Origin: an uncultured Verrucomicrobiae bacterium
GTDB lineage: Bacteria; Verrucomicrobiota; Verrucomicrobiia; Chthoniobacterales; Terrimicrobiaceae
Direction: 5' to 3'
Assembly (NCBI GenBank): GCA_963706955.1
Contig: CAVPOC010000008.1
Span: 512,001 to 576,000, forward strand
Length of the DNA stretch: 64,000 nucleotides
The notes under the pieces were generated by a model, which saw only the letters and a program-made list of their open reading frames with translations, did no database searches and had not been told where the DNA came from. The translations under genes and the position numbers were made by a program. Position 1 is the stretch's first letter; each line of letters begins with the position of its first letter. Shown here one piece after another: positions 9,624 to 20,528 of this stretch.

Positions 9624-12600
9624 CTAGTCAACCCGTTCGAGGATCACAGCGCCATAATCTGGAATATGCAAGGCATGGGAGCGCCCGAGCCGAGCGTCGC
9701 GGCCGCCATTGGAGTGCTCGCCCTCGTTTTCGCCAGAAATCGCAAACGCCGGCCAAGTCGAGTTCCAGAGCTCGCGGTAAGTTCCGTCAGGCAAATTGAG
9801 GTAGCCAAGGTTGTGAAATCCGGCCCATCCGCCAAAGTTGAGCACGACGAAGTAGTCACCGCGCTGACCTCGAGAAATCGCCAACAGCTGGCCATCAGCA
9901 AATCGAACATCAATCGACGCGGGACCCTTGATCGCTGGACGGGTTCGGCGCAAGTCGCAAAGAATCTTCCACCAAGCGCGAATCCGGCCGCGGTCGGCAT
10001 CGGCCAGGTAGCCGTCGAGGTCGAGCGTCGTCGACGAGCCGAATTCGAACTGCTTATCCTCACCGGCTTCGGCACCCATGAAGGCCATCGGAATTCCTCG
10101 CGAAAGCAGTGTGCCGGCCGCCGCAACCTTGGCCATCCGAAAACCCTGGCCCCAACCGGCAACGTAGGCGATCCGATCGCGGACGTTTCCCACCTCATCG
10201 TGGCTCTCCGCGTAGTTGGTGACGTTATACCATTCATCGCACTCTGTCTGACTCAGCTTGAAGGCCTCCGCCAGTCGCGACATTCCAACCTGCCTTCGAC
10301 AAGCGTCAACCATTCGGTCATGGAAATCGTCGCACCATTGCGTATCCATAGGGCCGCCGAAATTTGTCAGTGGCCATTCGTTGGGCAGGTGTTCGGCCAT
10401 CAGAATGCAACGCGAATCGACCTCTTCCCGCAGAGCCTTCCGGATGGCATGAAGAAAGTCCCACCCGCCGCCCGAGCCTAACTCGCGCACGAAACCACTC
10501 CACGGATCCCAAGCGCTCGAGTGAACGATCGTGGCGGTATGATCGAGACGGAAACCATCCAGATGGTACTCGCGGGCAAGGTAGACAAGGTTCTGCGCGA
10601 AAAAGTGTCTGCATTGGGGTTGATCGAAATTGATCATTGCGCCCCATTGTGTGTCGCCATCGAAAAAGCTCTCTTTGGCGATCGACCAGAGGATGTTGTC
10701 CGTCGATCCCGCGTGATTGAAGACGACATCAACCAGCACGGCTAGTCCGTTCCGATGACAGGTATCCACCAGTTCTTTGAGGGCATCGGGCCCGCCGTAG
10801 CTATTTTCGATCGCGTAAAAGTAGGCCGGGTCGTATCCCCAGGAATTCTCGGTTCCGACTTCGTTAAGCGGCATCACCAGGATGGCGGTGGCACCGAGTT
10901 CGCGAAGGTAACCGCCATCACGATCAATTTCGCGCGCAACGCGCCGCAAGGGAAGTTCTTCGCCAAAGCGATTCGAAAACCGCCTCACATGAATCTGGTA
11001 AACATTCAAGTGCTCCCAACCGGGACGGCGCCAACTTGCATCTTGCCAGGCGAATTTGTCTGGTTGCACCAGTTTGGACAGGTCCTGGTTCCACGAACTC
11101 TTCACCCAGCCCGCCGCCGGGTCTTGAAGCTTTTCGGAGTCGTTGAGGAGGAATTGGTACTCGACACCGTGATAATCGGTGCGACCGAGGTTCACCTGGA
11201 TCTCATTGATGGGAACACGGGCCCACCAATAAGCCCCGTCGAGCGTTGAGCGCATCTCCACCGCATTCTGCTCCCAGTTCGTCCATGGACCGATCACGCG
11301 CAGGCGAGCGGCTCCGGGCGCGTGCACGGCGAAGTGAAGGTGACCGTCTTCCGCATGTGCTCCCGGACGGCGGATGTGAAACGGTGGATTTTGGAAGATC
11401 TCGGGCGGCGGTTTAGACTCGAGCAGAGGGGAGCGTTCCAAGACGATAAAACGCTCGAGTATTCCAGGAACCTCGGGCCCTTTGACTGAATGGCGATCAA
11501 TCGCCTCCCATCTCCCCCGCTCATCACGGAACTTGAGCGAAGTTACGACCTGCGAGTATGTGAAAACGGTAAGCCGCCCATCTTCTCCGACCTCTTGTGA
11601 TTGAATGATGGCGGCGCGGGCCCGATTGAGCCAAACGTGAACAAAGAGCTTCCCACTAAGAGCACTCCCGGGAGGCCGCGCGACGATTGTCAGATCAAAT
11701 TGCATGCTTCGCTGAGGCTCGACGTCAAAAATCGCCGAGTCACCTTCCAGAGTCCAAATCTCGGAGTCGCGCCGGATATTCACTCTGCGAATGGCTTCGC
11801 GACTCTCCCATTCCGCGTCCGCTCCGGGATTGCGGAACTGCAATCTGTATCCCAAGCCCGTGTAGAGCGCTGCCTCGTAGGTAGCCCAGCCAGATGCGTC
11901 GAGGTTGCCCTCGACATCCGCGCTGAAGTCGGAATTGTCTTGCCAATAGTGAAGCTGTGCCCTCTGTGAAAGCTCCTGCCGAAAGTGGACTAAAAGGGTC
12001 TTTTTCTGCGGGATCGCGCTGGCGATCTCAGCGGCATCGCCATGCGTCCAGATTTCGGGTCCATCTTCCGCGGACCAGAGGCGGTTGGCAAAGTCGGGCT
12101 CGAAGCCGGTAAAGTCCCTATCCACGCGCCGAATGAACTTAAAGAGAAAAAAGGACTGTTCGTCAGCCGCAAGATTCAGATCGAAAAACGGCCCGAGATC
12201 GTCTTCGCCTGCCTGCGCGATACGACGCTCCGCGCCTTTGACGGGATCCCACAAAAAAAGCTCACTGGGGCGATATCGGCTCCGAGAAATCAGATGCAGC
12301 TTAAGAGCAAGTGCCGACCGGCCCAGCGGATCGGAGGTCAAGACGCGCTGGGTGTCCTGGGCGAACCATACTTCTTCTGCAAGCGCCCCGCCCGCGCTGC
12401 GCGGAAGTTTGCGCTGATGCGCATCCTTTTCCCAGTTGCCAGGGCGGCCCGCTTCATTGAAATCGAACAACATGAAGCAGACATCGTTGAGGATTCCAGG
12501 CTCGAAACCGTAATCGAATTCGACCCAGCCGGGCCCTGCTGCGCCCGACGAGGGGTGCAAATGAAGTCTGGTCGGGGTCCCCTCACGCCAGACGTGCAAG

Positions 12601-12641
12601 CCAGGGTTCCTAAAGCGGGTATAAGCGTAGAAACGTGACAT
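9624..12641 (-). CDS. GH13 alpha-amylase-family enzyme (GlgB/TreZ-like) with a long N-terminal array of CBM-like modules
   Basis: SWGYDP, DVVFNH, DGFRLD, AEH and ESHDE catalytic regions; CBM48-like FAVHAPGA..LRVIG; about 400 aa of repeated modules upstream. Confidence 0.88.
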   Translation of the reverse strand: MSRFYAYTRFRNPGLHVWREGTPTRLHLHPSSGAAGPGWVEFDYGFEPGILNDVCFMLFDFNEAGRPGNWEKDAHQRKLPRSAGGALAEEVWFAQDTQRVLTSDPLGRSALALKLHLISRSRYRPSELFLWDPVKGAERRIAQAGEDDLGPFFDLNLAADEQSFFLFKFIRRVDRDFTGFEPDFANRLWSAEDGPEIWTHGDAAEIASAIPQKKTLLVHFRQELSQRAQLHYWQDNSDFSADVEGNLDASGWATYEAALYTGLGYRLQFRNPGADAEWESREAIRRVNIRRDSEIWTLEGDSAIFDVEPQRSMQFDLTIVARPPGSALSGKLFVHVWLNRARAAIIQSQEVGEDGRLTVFTYSQVVTSLKFRDERGRWEAIDRHSVKGPEVPGILERFIVLERSPLLESKPPPEIFQNPPFHIRRPGAHAEDGHLHFAVHAPGAARLRVIGPWTNWEQNAVEMRSTLDGAYWWARVPINEIQVNLGRTDYHGVEYQFLLNDSEKLQDPAAGWVKSSWNQDLSKLVQPDKFAWQDASWRRPGWEHLNVYQIHVRRFSNRFGEELPLRRVAREIDRDGGYLRELGATAILVMPLNEVGTENSWGYDPAYFYAIENSYGGPDALKELVDTCHRNGLAVLVDVVFNHAGSTDNILWSIAKESFFDGDTQWGAMINFDQPQCRHFFAQNLVYLAREYHLDGFRLDHTATIVHSSAWDPWSGFVRELGSGGGWDFLHAIRKALREEVDSRCILMAEHLPNEWPLTNFGGPMDTQWCDDFHDRMVDACRRQVGMSRLAEAFKLSQTECDEWYNVTNYAESHDEVGNVRDRIAYVAGWGQGFRMAKVAAAGTLLSRGIPMAFMGAEAGEDKQFEFGSSTTLDLDGYLADADRGRIRAWWKILCDLRRTRPAIKGPASIDVRFADGQLLAISRGQRGDYFVVLNFGGWAGFHNLGYLNLPDGTYRELWNSTWPAFAISGENEGEHSNGGRDARLGRSHALHIPDYGAVILERVD

Positions 12642-12864
12642 GCAGCAGGCTTAGCTAAGCCGAAGCTGATTGCTCAATCTCCCGGCGTCTCGCCCTGTCC
12701 AAACAGAACCCGATGAATTCCCATAGATTGCTTCAGCAGCGTCCCGACGCTTAACAAAGGCTTCGTTAGATGCAAGGAAAACTAGTCGCGCGCCGGTGTT
12801 TCAGAAGGATGGTCAAGACAAGAGAGATCGTCTTCTATGAGCCAAGGAATAGCTGCCCGATGTA

Positions 12865-14313
12865 ATGGATCCTCTTCGCGCAAAACAAACCGACTTTGAC
12901 GCTGTCGTCGTCGGATCTGGCCCGAACGGCCTCGCCGCCGCCGTGACCCTCGCGCGCGCGCAGCTTTCGGTCCTGGTGCTCGAAGCGAGCGAATCGATTG
13001 GTGGCGGAACCCGTTCCATGGAACTAACCCTGCCTGGATTTATTCACGACGTCTGCTCCGCCGTGCATCCACTCGCGGTCGGTTCGCCATTCTTTCGCGA
13101 TTTGCCGCTGCGCGACCATGGACTCGAATGGATCCACCCAGAAATACCACTGGCCCATCCTCTGGGAGGAGATAGGTCTGTTTCGCTGCGGCGATCCTTG
13201 GCTGAAACCGCCGCCCTCATTGGAAAAGACGGCGCCGCTTACCGGGCTCTCATGGAACCGCTCGTCGACGACTGGTGGGGATTGACTCGTGAATTTCTGC
13301 AACCGATGATCCACCTGCCGCGGAATCCCCTCGCCTTTATCCGTTTTGGTCTGCGGGCGATTCAGCCGGCGCAATGGCTGGCCAGGCGCTTTTCCGATGA
13401 GCCCGCTCGCGCACTCTTCGCCGGATTGGCTGGGCATTCTTTTCTGTCACTGAGCGCACCGGCTTCCGCCGCCTTCGGGCTGGTGCTCGGCGCGGCTGGA
13501 CACGCCGTCGGCTGGCCTTTCCCCCGTGGCGGCGCACAGAAAATCGCCAACGCTCTCGCCAGTTACCTCCAATCCCTCGGAGGCCAGATCGAAGTCGGGA
13601 GAAGAGTGACTCAACTTTCCGACTTGCCATCTTCGCGCGCGGTGCTTTTCGACCTAACGCCCCGAGCGCTTCTCACGCTTGCTGGAAACATCTTGCCCCC
13701 TCGATATCGTCACGCGCTGGAGCGCTTCCCTTACGGTTCCGGGATTTTCAAGATTGATTATGCCTTAAGCGCTCCGATTCCTTGGAGTGCCGAAGAATGC
13801 CGCCAGGCCGGGACGGTCCACGTCGGCGGAACCGCTGCTGAGATCGCCGCCGCCGAGGACACGGTTGCGAGGAGGCGCTCGATTGCACCTAATCCTTTCG
13901 TTCTCCTGGCGCAGCCGACGCTAAGTGATCCATCGCGCGCCCCGACCGGCAAGCATGTTGCCTGGGCTTACTGCCACACTCCCAGCGGATCCGTCACAGA
14001 CCTGACTGAAAACATCGAGACTCAGATCGAGCGCTTTGCTCCAGGGTTCCGAGATTGCATTCTGGCACGCCACAAGATGAATGCCGTCGACCTCGAACAT
14101 CACAACCCTAATCTCATCGGCGGGGCCGTAAACGGCGGCTCTCTCGATCTTAAACACCTGCTCGTCCGACCCGTCTTCAGCGCAAATCCTTACCGGACGC
14201 CGCTGCGCGGTGTCTATCTATGTTCCGCCTCGACCCCGCCCGGGGGTGGCGTCCACGGAATGTGCGGCTATCACGCGGCACGATGGGCATTGCAGGAAGT
14301 TTTTGGCCATTAG
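12865..14313 (+). CDS. Phytoene dehydrogenase-like FAD-dependent oxidoreductase
   Basis: VVGSGPNGLAAA, HDVCSAVHP, YLCSASTPPGGGVHGMCG. Confidence 0.9.
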   Translation: MDPLRAKQTDFDAVVVGSGPNGLAAAVTLARAQLSVLVLEASESIGGGTRSMELTLPGFIHDVCSAVHPLAVGSPFFRDLPLRDHGLEWIHPEIPLAHPLGGDRSVSLRRSLAETAALIGKDGAAYRALMEPLVDDWWGLTREFLQPMIHLPRNPLAFIRFGLRAIQPAQWLARRFSDEPARALFAGLAGHSFLSLSAPASAAFGLVLGAAGHAVGWPFPRGGAQKIANALASYLQSLGGQIEVGRRVTQLSDLPSSRAVLFDLTPRALLTLAGNILPPRYRHALERFPYGSGIFKIDYALSAPIPWSAEECRQAGTVHVGGTAAEIAAAEDTVARRRSIAPNPFVLLAQPTLSDPSRAPTGKHVAWAYCHTPSGSVTDLTENIETQIERFAPGFRDCILARHKMNAVDLEHHNPNLIGGAVNGGSLDLKHLLVRPVFSANPYRTPLRGVYLCSASTPPGGGVHGMCGYHAARWALQEVFGH

Positions 14314-14427
14314 CGCGGCGCAAGGGTGTTTGCGGAGCCGGCCGCATTAGACCTTGTAGAAGTCCTCCCGAAGAATGGACTTTTATTTCTGCATCTTCTC
14401 GGCGAGCTCGTATGCGAATTTCACTTG

Positions 14428-14659
14428 TGAGTCGCACCTTCAGCGCTAGGTGCGTGAGGTGTGGATTCCTCGGGCGGTGCCCGAGGCTGACATGAGTCGC
14501 GCCGTTGGCGCTGGGCCTGCGCGCGACCGAGCAGGATTTCCGTCAGTCAGAAGGTGAGTCTATCGGTTAGCGCCAGGGGCGCGATTCAAGTTTAGACTGC
14601 GGCACACGCCCCAGGCAATGGCCCACACACATGCGAACTAGCGCTGAAAGCGAGATTCA
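14428..14659. repeat. Long imperfect inverted repeat pair (REP/REPIN-like)
   Basis: 14428-14512 (tgagtcgcaccttcagcgct...gcgccgttggcgct) aligns with the reverse complement of 14569-14659. Confidence 0.75.
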
Positions 14660-14852
14660 AGGTATGAGAGACGTCAGCGGGCTCACTTTTTCAGGATATC
14701 GCCGCTACGGAGTGTCTAGAGCTACCAGCCCAGGCCTTGGTCATAGCAGATAGCAAGGGTTCTCCTGCTTTTTCTTGCTCCACTAAAGAACCGGCTGTCC
14801 GCGTGACTAGCTCACTGGTAATTCCCTGAGCCAACGCTTCCCTTAGATCACC

Positions 14853-16160
14853 GTGAGCTTCGACCTCTTATATTTGCTGCTTGGCGTGCTGCTCGTGGCG
14901 GTCGCCATGCTCGCGTCCTCCGTCAAGCGGTTGCCGCTTTCCGAAGGGATGATCTATCTGGCCGCCGGAGCCGCTTTGGGGCCACTCGGCCTCCACTTTC
15001 TGTATGTTGATCCACAAGCACACTCCGAAATACTCGAACGCGCGGCGGAGATCGCGGTCATCATCTCGCTATTCACGACCGGACTGAAATTACGCGTGTC
15101 GCTGCGTGATCCACAATGGTGGATACCTCTCGGCCTGGCTTCCGGTTCGATGGTGCTGACTGTCGGCATGATAGCGCTCGTCGGTGTGTTTGGACTTGGT
15201 CTGCCACTCGGCGGCGCGGTCCTCCTCGGTGCAATCCTCGCGCCAACCGATCCGGTTCTCGCTTCCGGCGTTCAACTCGAGGACATTCGCGACCGCAATC
15301 GACTACGCTTCAGCCTTACTGGTGAGGCGGGCCTGAACGACGGCACTGCCTTTCCGCTGGTCATGCTAGGTCTCGGGCTCTGCGGCCTTCATGATCTTGG
15401 CGCCTGGGGGTGGAAGTGGTGGACTCTTGATGTCCTCTGGGCAATTTTCGCGGGTCTCGGCGTCGGCGCGCTCTGCGGAACCCTCATCGGGCAAGGGGTC
15501 ATTTACCTTCGGCGTGAACATCATGAAGGCATTGGAAGGGATGAACTGCTCGCACTCGGGCTGATCGCTCTCTCTTACGGCGCGGCGCTGCAGCTCCATG
15601 GATATGGATTTCTCGCCGTCTTTGCCGCGGGACTTACTTTGCGGTCAGTCGAACGGAAGCACACCGGGAAAGAGCCGCCACCCGAAGAGCTTGCCGTGGA
15701 GGCCGCCTTGAAGCCCGATGAAATCGCAACCCACCCAGAGAAAGGGCCTGCACACATGGCCGGCGCTATCCTAACGATCAACGAGCAACTGGAACGCGTC
15801 GTTGAAATCGCGCTCGTGCTCGTTGTCGCCGCAGCACTTTCACCGCAGTATCTCCATTTCGAAGCGACGTGGTTCATCGCGATCCTTTTCCTGGTCATCC
15901 GACCGGTTTCGGTAAGCCTCGGATTGCTCGGACAGAAGATGCCCGCATCAGAGCGTCGCCTCATCTCCTGGTTTGGCATCCGGGGGATTGGATCACTCTA
16001 CTACCTGATGTTTGTGCTCAATCGCGGAGTGCCACAGGATCTGACATCACAACTGATCTCCATCACGCTGACCACTATTGCCATTTCCATCGTCGTGCAT
16101 GGCATTACGGTGACGCCGCTCATGAATTGGCACCAAAAGCGTCGAAGAAGACACACTTGA
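14853..16160 (+). CDS. Cation:proton antiporter (CPA1/NhaP-like)
   Basis: [26 protein letters not shown]; about 12 TM helices. Confidence 0.9.
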   Translation: MSFDLLYLLLGVLLVAVAMLASSVKRLPLSEGMIYLAAGAALGPLGLHFLYVDPQAHSEILERAAEIAVIISLFTTGLKLRVSLRDPQWWIPLGLASGSMVLTVGMIALVGVFGLGLPLGGAVLLGAILAPTDPVLASGVQLEDIRDRNRLRFSLTGEAGLNDGTAFPLVMLGLGLCGLHDLGAWGWKWWTLDVLWAIFAGLGVGALCGTLIGQGVIYLRREHHEGIGRDELLALGLIALSYGAALQLHGYGFLAVFAAGLTLRSVERKHTGKEPPPEELAVEAALKPDEIATHPEKGPAHMAGAILTINEQLERVVEIALVLVVAAALSPQYLHFEATWFIAILFLVIRPVSVSLGLLGQKMPASERRLISWFGIRGIGSLYYLMFVLNRGVPQDLTSQLISITLTTIAISIVVHGITVTPLMNWHQKRRRRHT

Positions 16161-16311
16161 GCCCGCACGAATCCGACAACTGACGCCCGGCGGCCTGCGC
16201 CGCCGTGGGATCGTTTGTGCTCCAGGGCGCGAATACCGACGAACTTCGGAGAAGCTGGTCAGAGACTTAGCTTGCGGCATCCAGGCCGGCCAAGGCCTGC
16301 GAAATATCAGT

Positions 16312-16497
16312 ATGACAAAACTAGAACTCAAGGGCAATTGGAACGAGATCAAAGGCAAGCTCAAACAGAAGTACGGGCAGCTCACCGACGATGACCTGAC
16401 CTTCGCCGAGGGCAAGGACGACGAACTACTCGGTCGTCTGCAACAACGGCTTGGCAGGACCAAGGAGGAAATCCGGAAGGAGCTCGAAGGCCTTTAA
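16312..16497 (+). CDS. CsbD family stress protein
   Basis: [34 protein letters not shown]. Confidence 0.93.
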   Translation: MTKLELKGNWNEIKGKLKQKYGQLTDDDLTFAEGKDDELLGRLQQRLGRTKEEIRKELEGL

Positions 16498-16594
16498 ACG
16501 CAGTCCCTAGCGTTCTCTCGTAGAAAACCCTCAGGGTAAGCGGTTTCGTGTGCGCATTGACGCGCCACGGCAGCGCTGTCTATGTACTGTTACT

Positions 16595-17482
16595 ATGAAA
16601 GCCGCTCTTGATCTTTTAAAACAAGCCGCTTGGGATTGGTTTGACGATAGCGCTCCGACCTTGGGAGCGGCCGTAGCTTATTACACCGTCTTCTCACTTG
16701 CCCCCCTCTTTGTTATTGCTGTGGCCATCGCGGGCTTGGTCTTCGGCCGGGAAGCAGCGCAAGGTCAAATTTTCGAGCAATTGCGCTTCATGATCGGAGA
16801 GACCAGTGCCGCCGCCATGGAAGACGTGGTGGAAAGTGCCAATTCAGAGCCGAAGACCGGTGTGTTCGCCACAATCGTCGGATTCGTCGCTTTAATCGTC
16901 GGCGCCTCGGGAGTCTTTGCGCAACTACAAGCTTCGCTCAATGCGATCTGGCGCGTGGAACCAAAGCCTGGACGAGGCATCTGGGGACTTATTCAGGACC
17001 GCGTTCTTTCCTTTGGCTTTATTCTCGTCGTCGGGTTCCTTCTTCTGATCTCCCTCCTTCTAACAGCGATCATCGCGTTTATAGGAGAGTGGGTTGGCGG
17101 CTTTGTGCCGGGTATTGAAACGCTCATCCAGATCCTGAATGCGATCCTCTCGTTGGTGGTGATTACGCTGCTCTTTGCAATGATTTTCAAGTTTCTGCCT
17201 GATGTGAAGATCGCCTGGCGCGATGTCTGGATCGGCGCGCTCATCACGGCTGGGCTCTTTACCGCCGGCAAAGAAGTCCTGGGCCTTTATTTAGGAAAGA
17301 GCGGAGTGGCTTCGTCGTATGGGGCGGCGGGATCGCTGATTGTCTTGCTCTTGTGGGTCTATTATTCGGCGCAAATCCTTTTTTTCGGAGCCGAGTTCAC
17401 CAAGGCTTATGCAAATCAATTCGGCTCGCGTGTCACCCCAGCAGACAATGCGGTCGCGGTGTCGAAGCAGCGCTTGACCTGA
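16595..17482 (+). CDS. YihY/virulence factor BrkB family membrane protein
   Basis: GAAVAYYTVFSLAP, LNAIW, YGAAGSLIVLLLWVYYSAQILFFGAE. Confidence 0.92.
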   Translation: MKAALDLLKQAAWDWFDDSAPTLGAAVAYYTVFSLAPLFVIAVAIAGLVFGREAAQGQIFEQLRFMIGETSAAAMEDVVESANSEPKTGVFATIVGFVALIVGASGVFAQLQASLNAIWRVEPKPGRGIWGLIQDRVLSFGFILVVGFLLLISLLLTAIIAFIGEWVGGFVPGIETLIQILNAILSLVVITLLFAMIFKFLPDVKIAWRDVWIGALITAGLFTAGKEVLGLYLGKSGVASSYGAAGSLIVLLLWVYYSAQILFFGAEFTKAYANQFGSRVTPADNAVAVSKQRLT

Positions 17483-17541
17483 GCCTACGAGAAGGGGAAA
17501 GCCCTGAGGTGTGCTCTACTTGCGACGGCAGCGCCATGACA

Positions 17542-17700
17542 TTCTGGGGAGCGCACGCGTCCCCGCGTCCCGCGTGCCCCGTTCGACGACTCTCGCCGAA
17601 CGCATTCGTCACGCCCAAATGCCCTTTGCGAAAAGAAAGTCCTTCGGTCGCAAGCGCCTTTGGCTAAAGATCCTTCGGCGGGACGCCGAAAACTCGTCAC
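17542..17700. repeat. Degenerate REP-like palindromic element
   Basis: ctggggagcgcacgcgtccccgcgt...cgcgtgc followed by short hairpins (ttcggcgggacgccgaa) in the intergenic space; resembles intergenic repeats common in this lineage. Confidence 0.45.
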
Positions 17701-17976
17701 ACCACGGGATTCGCCCGGGCGAATGGTCCCGCAGAAATCTGCGGAGGCCCGTAACTCAAGAGTTCCTTTCGTCGCACCTGAGCGGCGCACAGGCGCGCGA
17801 ACCGAAAACAAGCTGCTTCGACTGCACGACGCCGATTCGACTAAAGACATGACCGAACGAGATAGCGGATGAGGCGAATTGTCGGGGCAGTTGTGTCAAG
17901 CGCCCAAATCAACAGGTCACAAGGGCTCACAAAATCCTTCGCAGCTCTCAGCACCCGCGGAAGCGATCATGCCATG

Positions 17977-18684
17977 TCAATACTCATCATGACGACGCCA
18001 CCACTCGTAGGGCGGTGTCTGCGGCCATCCCGCTGGAGAATCCTCCCACTGCTCTTGCCGTCCGAACGGCGTCAGATCGAGCAGGACGAAGCTGCTGACG
18101 AGGACTTCAACGCCTCGGGCATTGGTAAAGTAGGTCTGGAAAACAGCATCGTCCTGTCGAAGGAAGACGCTCAGCCCGAAGGTTTCGCCCTCAGGAGTGG
18201 TGAGTCCGAAATCGTCATTGAAATCCGTCCCGGCAGAGGAAACCCATGGAATACTCCATCCCATCCGCCGTTTGTACGACTCGAGGTTTGCCAGCGGGGC
18301 GCGCGAGACCAAAACCAGGGAAGTGTTGCGAGCGTGCAGGTGCGCAACGGGACCCAGGTGGTCCACCACCATCGAGCAGCCTGGACAACCGGCCGCAGGC
18401 CACCCCTCAACATTTGGCGCAAACATGAAGTGATAGATAACGAGCTGGCGACGTCCGCCAAAAAGATCAAGCAAGCTCGCTTTGCCCTCGGGTCCATCAA
18501 AGACGTAGTTCTTCTCAATCCGGAACATCGGAAGGCGCCGCCGCTCAGCCGCAAGGGCATCGCGCGCGCGAGTGGCTGCCTTCTCCTTCACCAACAATTG
18601 GTCTCGAGCTCGCTGCCACTCCTCCCGCGAGACGATCGGCGGATGGCTCATCAGTTTCTCGTCGTGTGATTCTGTAACCTGCAT
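17977..18684 (-). CDS. DUF899 family thioredoxin-like protein
   Basis: IVSREEW..AR..LL.KEK, LLDLFGGRRQLVIYHFM, GCPGCS, LDLTPFGRQE.WEDSP.GWPQ. Confidence 0.92.
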   Translation of the reverse strand: MQVTESHDEKLMSHPPIVSREEWQRARDQLLVKEKAATRARDALAAERRRLPMFRIEKNYVFDGPEGKASLLDLFGGRRQLVIYHFMFAPNVEGWPAAGCPGCSMVVDHLGPVAHLHARNTSLVLVSRAPLANLESYKRRMGWSIPWVSSAGTDFNDDFGLTTPEGETFGLSVFLRQDDAVFQTYFTNARGVEVLVSSFVLLDLTPFGRQEQWEDSPAGWPQTPPYEWWRRHDEY

Positions 18685-18979
18685 GAATTCTCCTTGATGC
18701 TCTTTATCTCCTGACGAACAACTTTACTCCAAAAGGACAACGGATGCAGCTGTCCGCTCGGATGAACTCCGCATCGTTTGAGCCTATCCGGTCCCGGTCG
18801 GCCGGGCCTGATAGCTGGCCATTCCAGCCCGCGGACACGCGAGATGACAGGTAGAGGACGAAGCGTGCCCCGCTCAGATATCTTGAGATCCGCAAACCTA
18901 CCCTAAGGTCCGGCGATGTTCTGCCACTTGATGAGTATGGAGCAAATGTAGATTTCCGGGGCCGGATGAGGTTGCCTAA

Positions 18980-19278
18980 GAGACTGTTGAAAAACTCACG
19001 CCTGTCACGCGCGAGCTCTTTGGGGTAGATATCGGTGAAGCGACGAGGGAGCATCCCCTGAAGGGGCTGTAACTGAGGAGCGACGCGGAGGTGCCCAAAG
19101 AGTTCGCGCCCTCCGGTTGCGCTAATTTTCGGCCCTCGCGGTGTCGCCAAGCTTGTCCGTAGCACTGCGGCTTGCGGGGAGATGGGGTCCCCGCAACCCC
19201 ATCAAGCCTGCGCTTGGCTCTTTGCGATCTTCCGAAAATTGGCAGCAACGTGGCATACGTGAGTTTTTCAACAGTCTC
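18980..19278. mobile_element. 299-bp MITE with perfect 21-bp terminal inverted repeats and 4-bp CTAA target duplication
   Basis: GAGACTGTTGAAAAACTCACG (18980-19000) and CGTGAGTTTTTCAACAGTCTC (19258-19278); CTAA at 18976-18979 and 19279-19282; no transposase inside. Confidence 0.9.
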
Positions 19279-19298
19279 CTAAGCAGGACGAGCTTGGC

Positions 19299-20024
19299 TT
19301 ATCGCCAAAGGATGACGCGATGCAGGGGCAACCGAGTCTTCTTCGGTGGATCTCCCTTGGCGTAGCCAACGGGAACGACAAGAATCGGTTCCCACGAACG
19401 TGGCAAGTCAAGTGCACGCCGCAATCTCCCTGCATCGAAGCCTTCCATCGGCACCGTTCCCAAGCCCGCCGCCTCCGCCGCCAGCATGAAATTCATCGAG
19501 CAAAGCATGACCTGTTTCGCGAGCCAAAAGCGCTTGTGGACTGCCATCATCTGCGGAATCGGAACGAGCCGCCTTGCAAGCGGGATTAGGGCTGCTTTCC
19601 AAAGCCAATTGATGCCGAGGGGTCCCTGTTTAAACATTAGGCGCACAATCTTACGCAGAAAGTTGGCGTAATCGGGAGTAATCGCACCAGCTGCAAGATC
19701 GTGGCTCAAAGTCTCCTCGAGTCGGTCGAATGCGAGATGGTCTCCCGCGAAGACGATCACGATGGGCGCCTCTGCTATCGATTCTTGATTGAGGCATGCC
19801 CGTCTGATCCGCGAGCGGACGCGGGGATCGGCGACGACAACGAAACGCGTCGGCTGGAGGTTATACCCACTGGGTGCCCATTGTGCGATGCGCAGCAAAC
19901 GTTCGATTAGGTCGTGCTCAAGCGGTTGCTGTAAAAAGTGGCGAGTCGCACGACGCTTCTGAGCCAACTCTTCAAATCGAGCGAGCATAGGTCTCGCTTC
20001 GTAGGAAGGAGAGTCCTCGCTCAT
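19299..20024 (-). CDS. Nitroreductase family protein
   Basis: RRATRHF, WAPSGYNLQP.RFVVV, FMLAAEAAGLGTVPMEGFD, PVGY. Confidence 0.92.
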   Translation of the reverse strand: MSEDSPSYEARPMLARFEELAQKRRATRHFLQQPLEHDLIERLLRIAQWAPSGYNLQPTRFVVVADPRVRSRIRRACLNQESIAEAPIVIVFAGDHLAFDRLEETLSHDLAAGAITPDYANFLRKIVRLMFKQGPLGINWLWKAALIPLARRLVPIPQMMAVHKRFWLAKQVMLCSMNFMLAAEAAGLGTVPMEGFDAGRLRRALDLPRSWEPILVVPVGYAKGDPPKKTRLPLHRVILWR

Positions 20025-20528
20025 GAACTCAAAGAAGTCATGGCATGAATAGTAATCAGCCGATTGATGGTCCTCAAGACCGACTGAATGGCCCACGACG
20101 TCGCACCAACAAATTCCTTTAGGAGGACGATTTTTTGCAGTCGGTGCAAACGAACCCGTTTTGACGTCTGCAGCTAACCTGCAGTGAGCTTTTCTCAGCG
20201 AGCACAGTCCGTAGCAGGAGCTCGCCAACGAAGGCGACTCGGCGGTCGGGAGTTGTCCTGGCAGAGACGCTTTCGGCACGCTGCTCAAGGTGTTAGTGAA
20301 TCGGTGACACCAAGGGACAAAGTGGGCATTAGGCTCAATTCATTGGTGAGGATTAAATGCGCAGAAGGATTGTTTTGCGCGACTGCCTGATCTTAAGCCG
20401 CGACTCTTCGTTGGCCAGCACGCGCGCGAGTGCCAAGACACTAAAGAGCCGAACCACGCGTCTGAAGGACAAACCCTGTGGACGACCATCCCCCGAGGAT
20501 GAGGTCTCAGACTGATCCCAAGAAAGCG

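Noticed and set aside
18704..19365. ORFs overlapping the MITE as a transposase
   Set aside because: No DDE or HUH motifs; they are incidental reading frames through the element.
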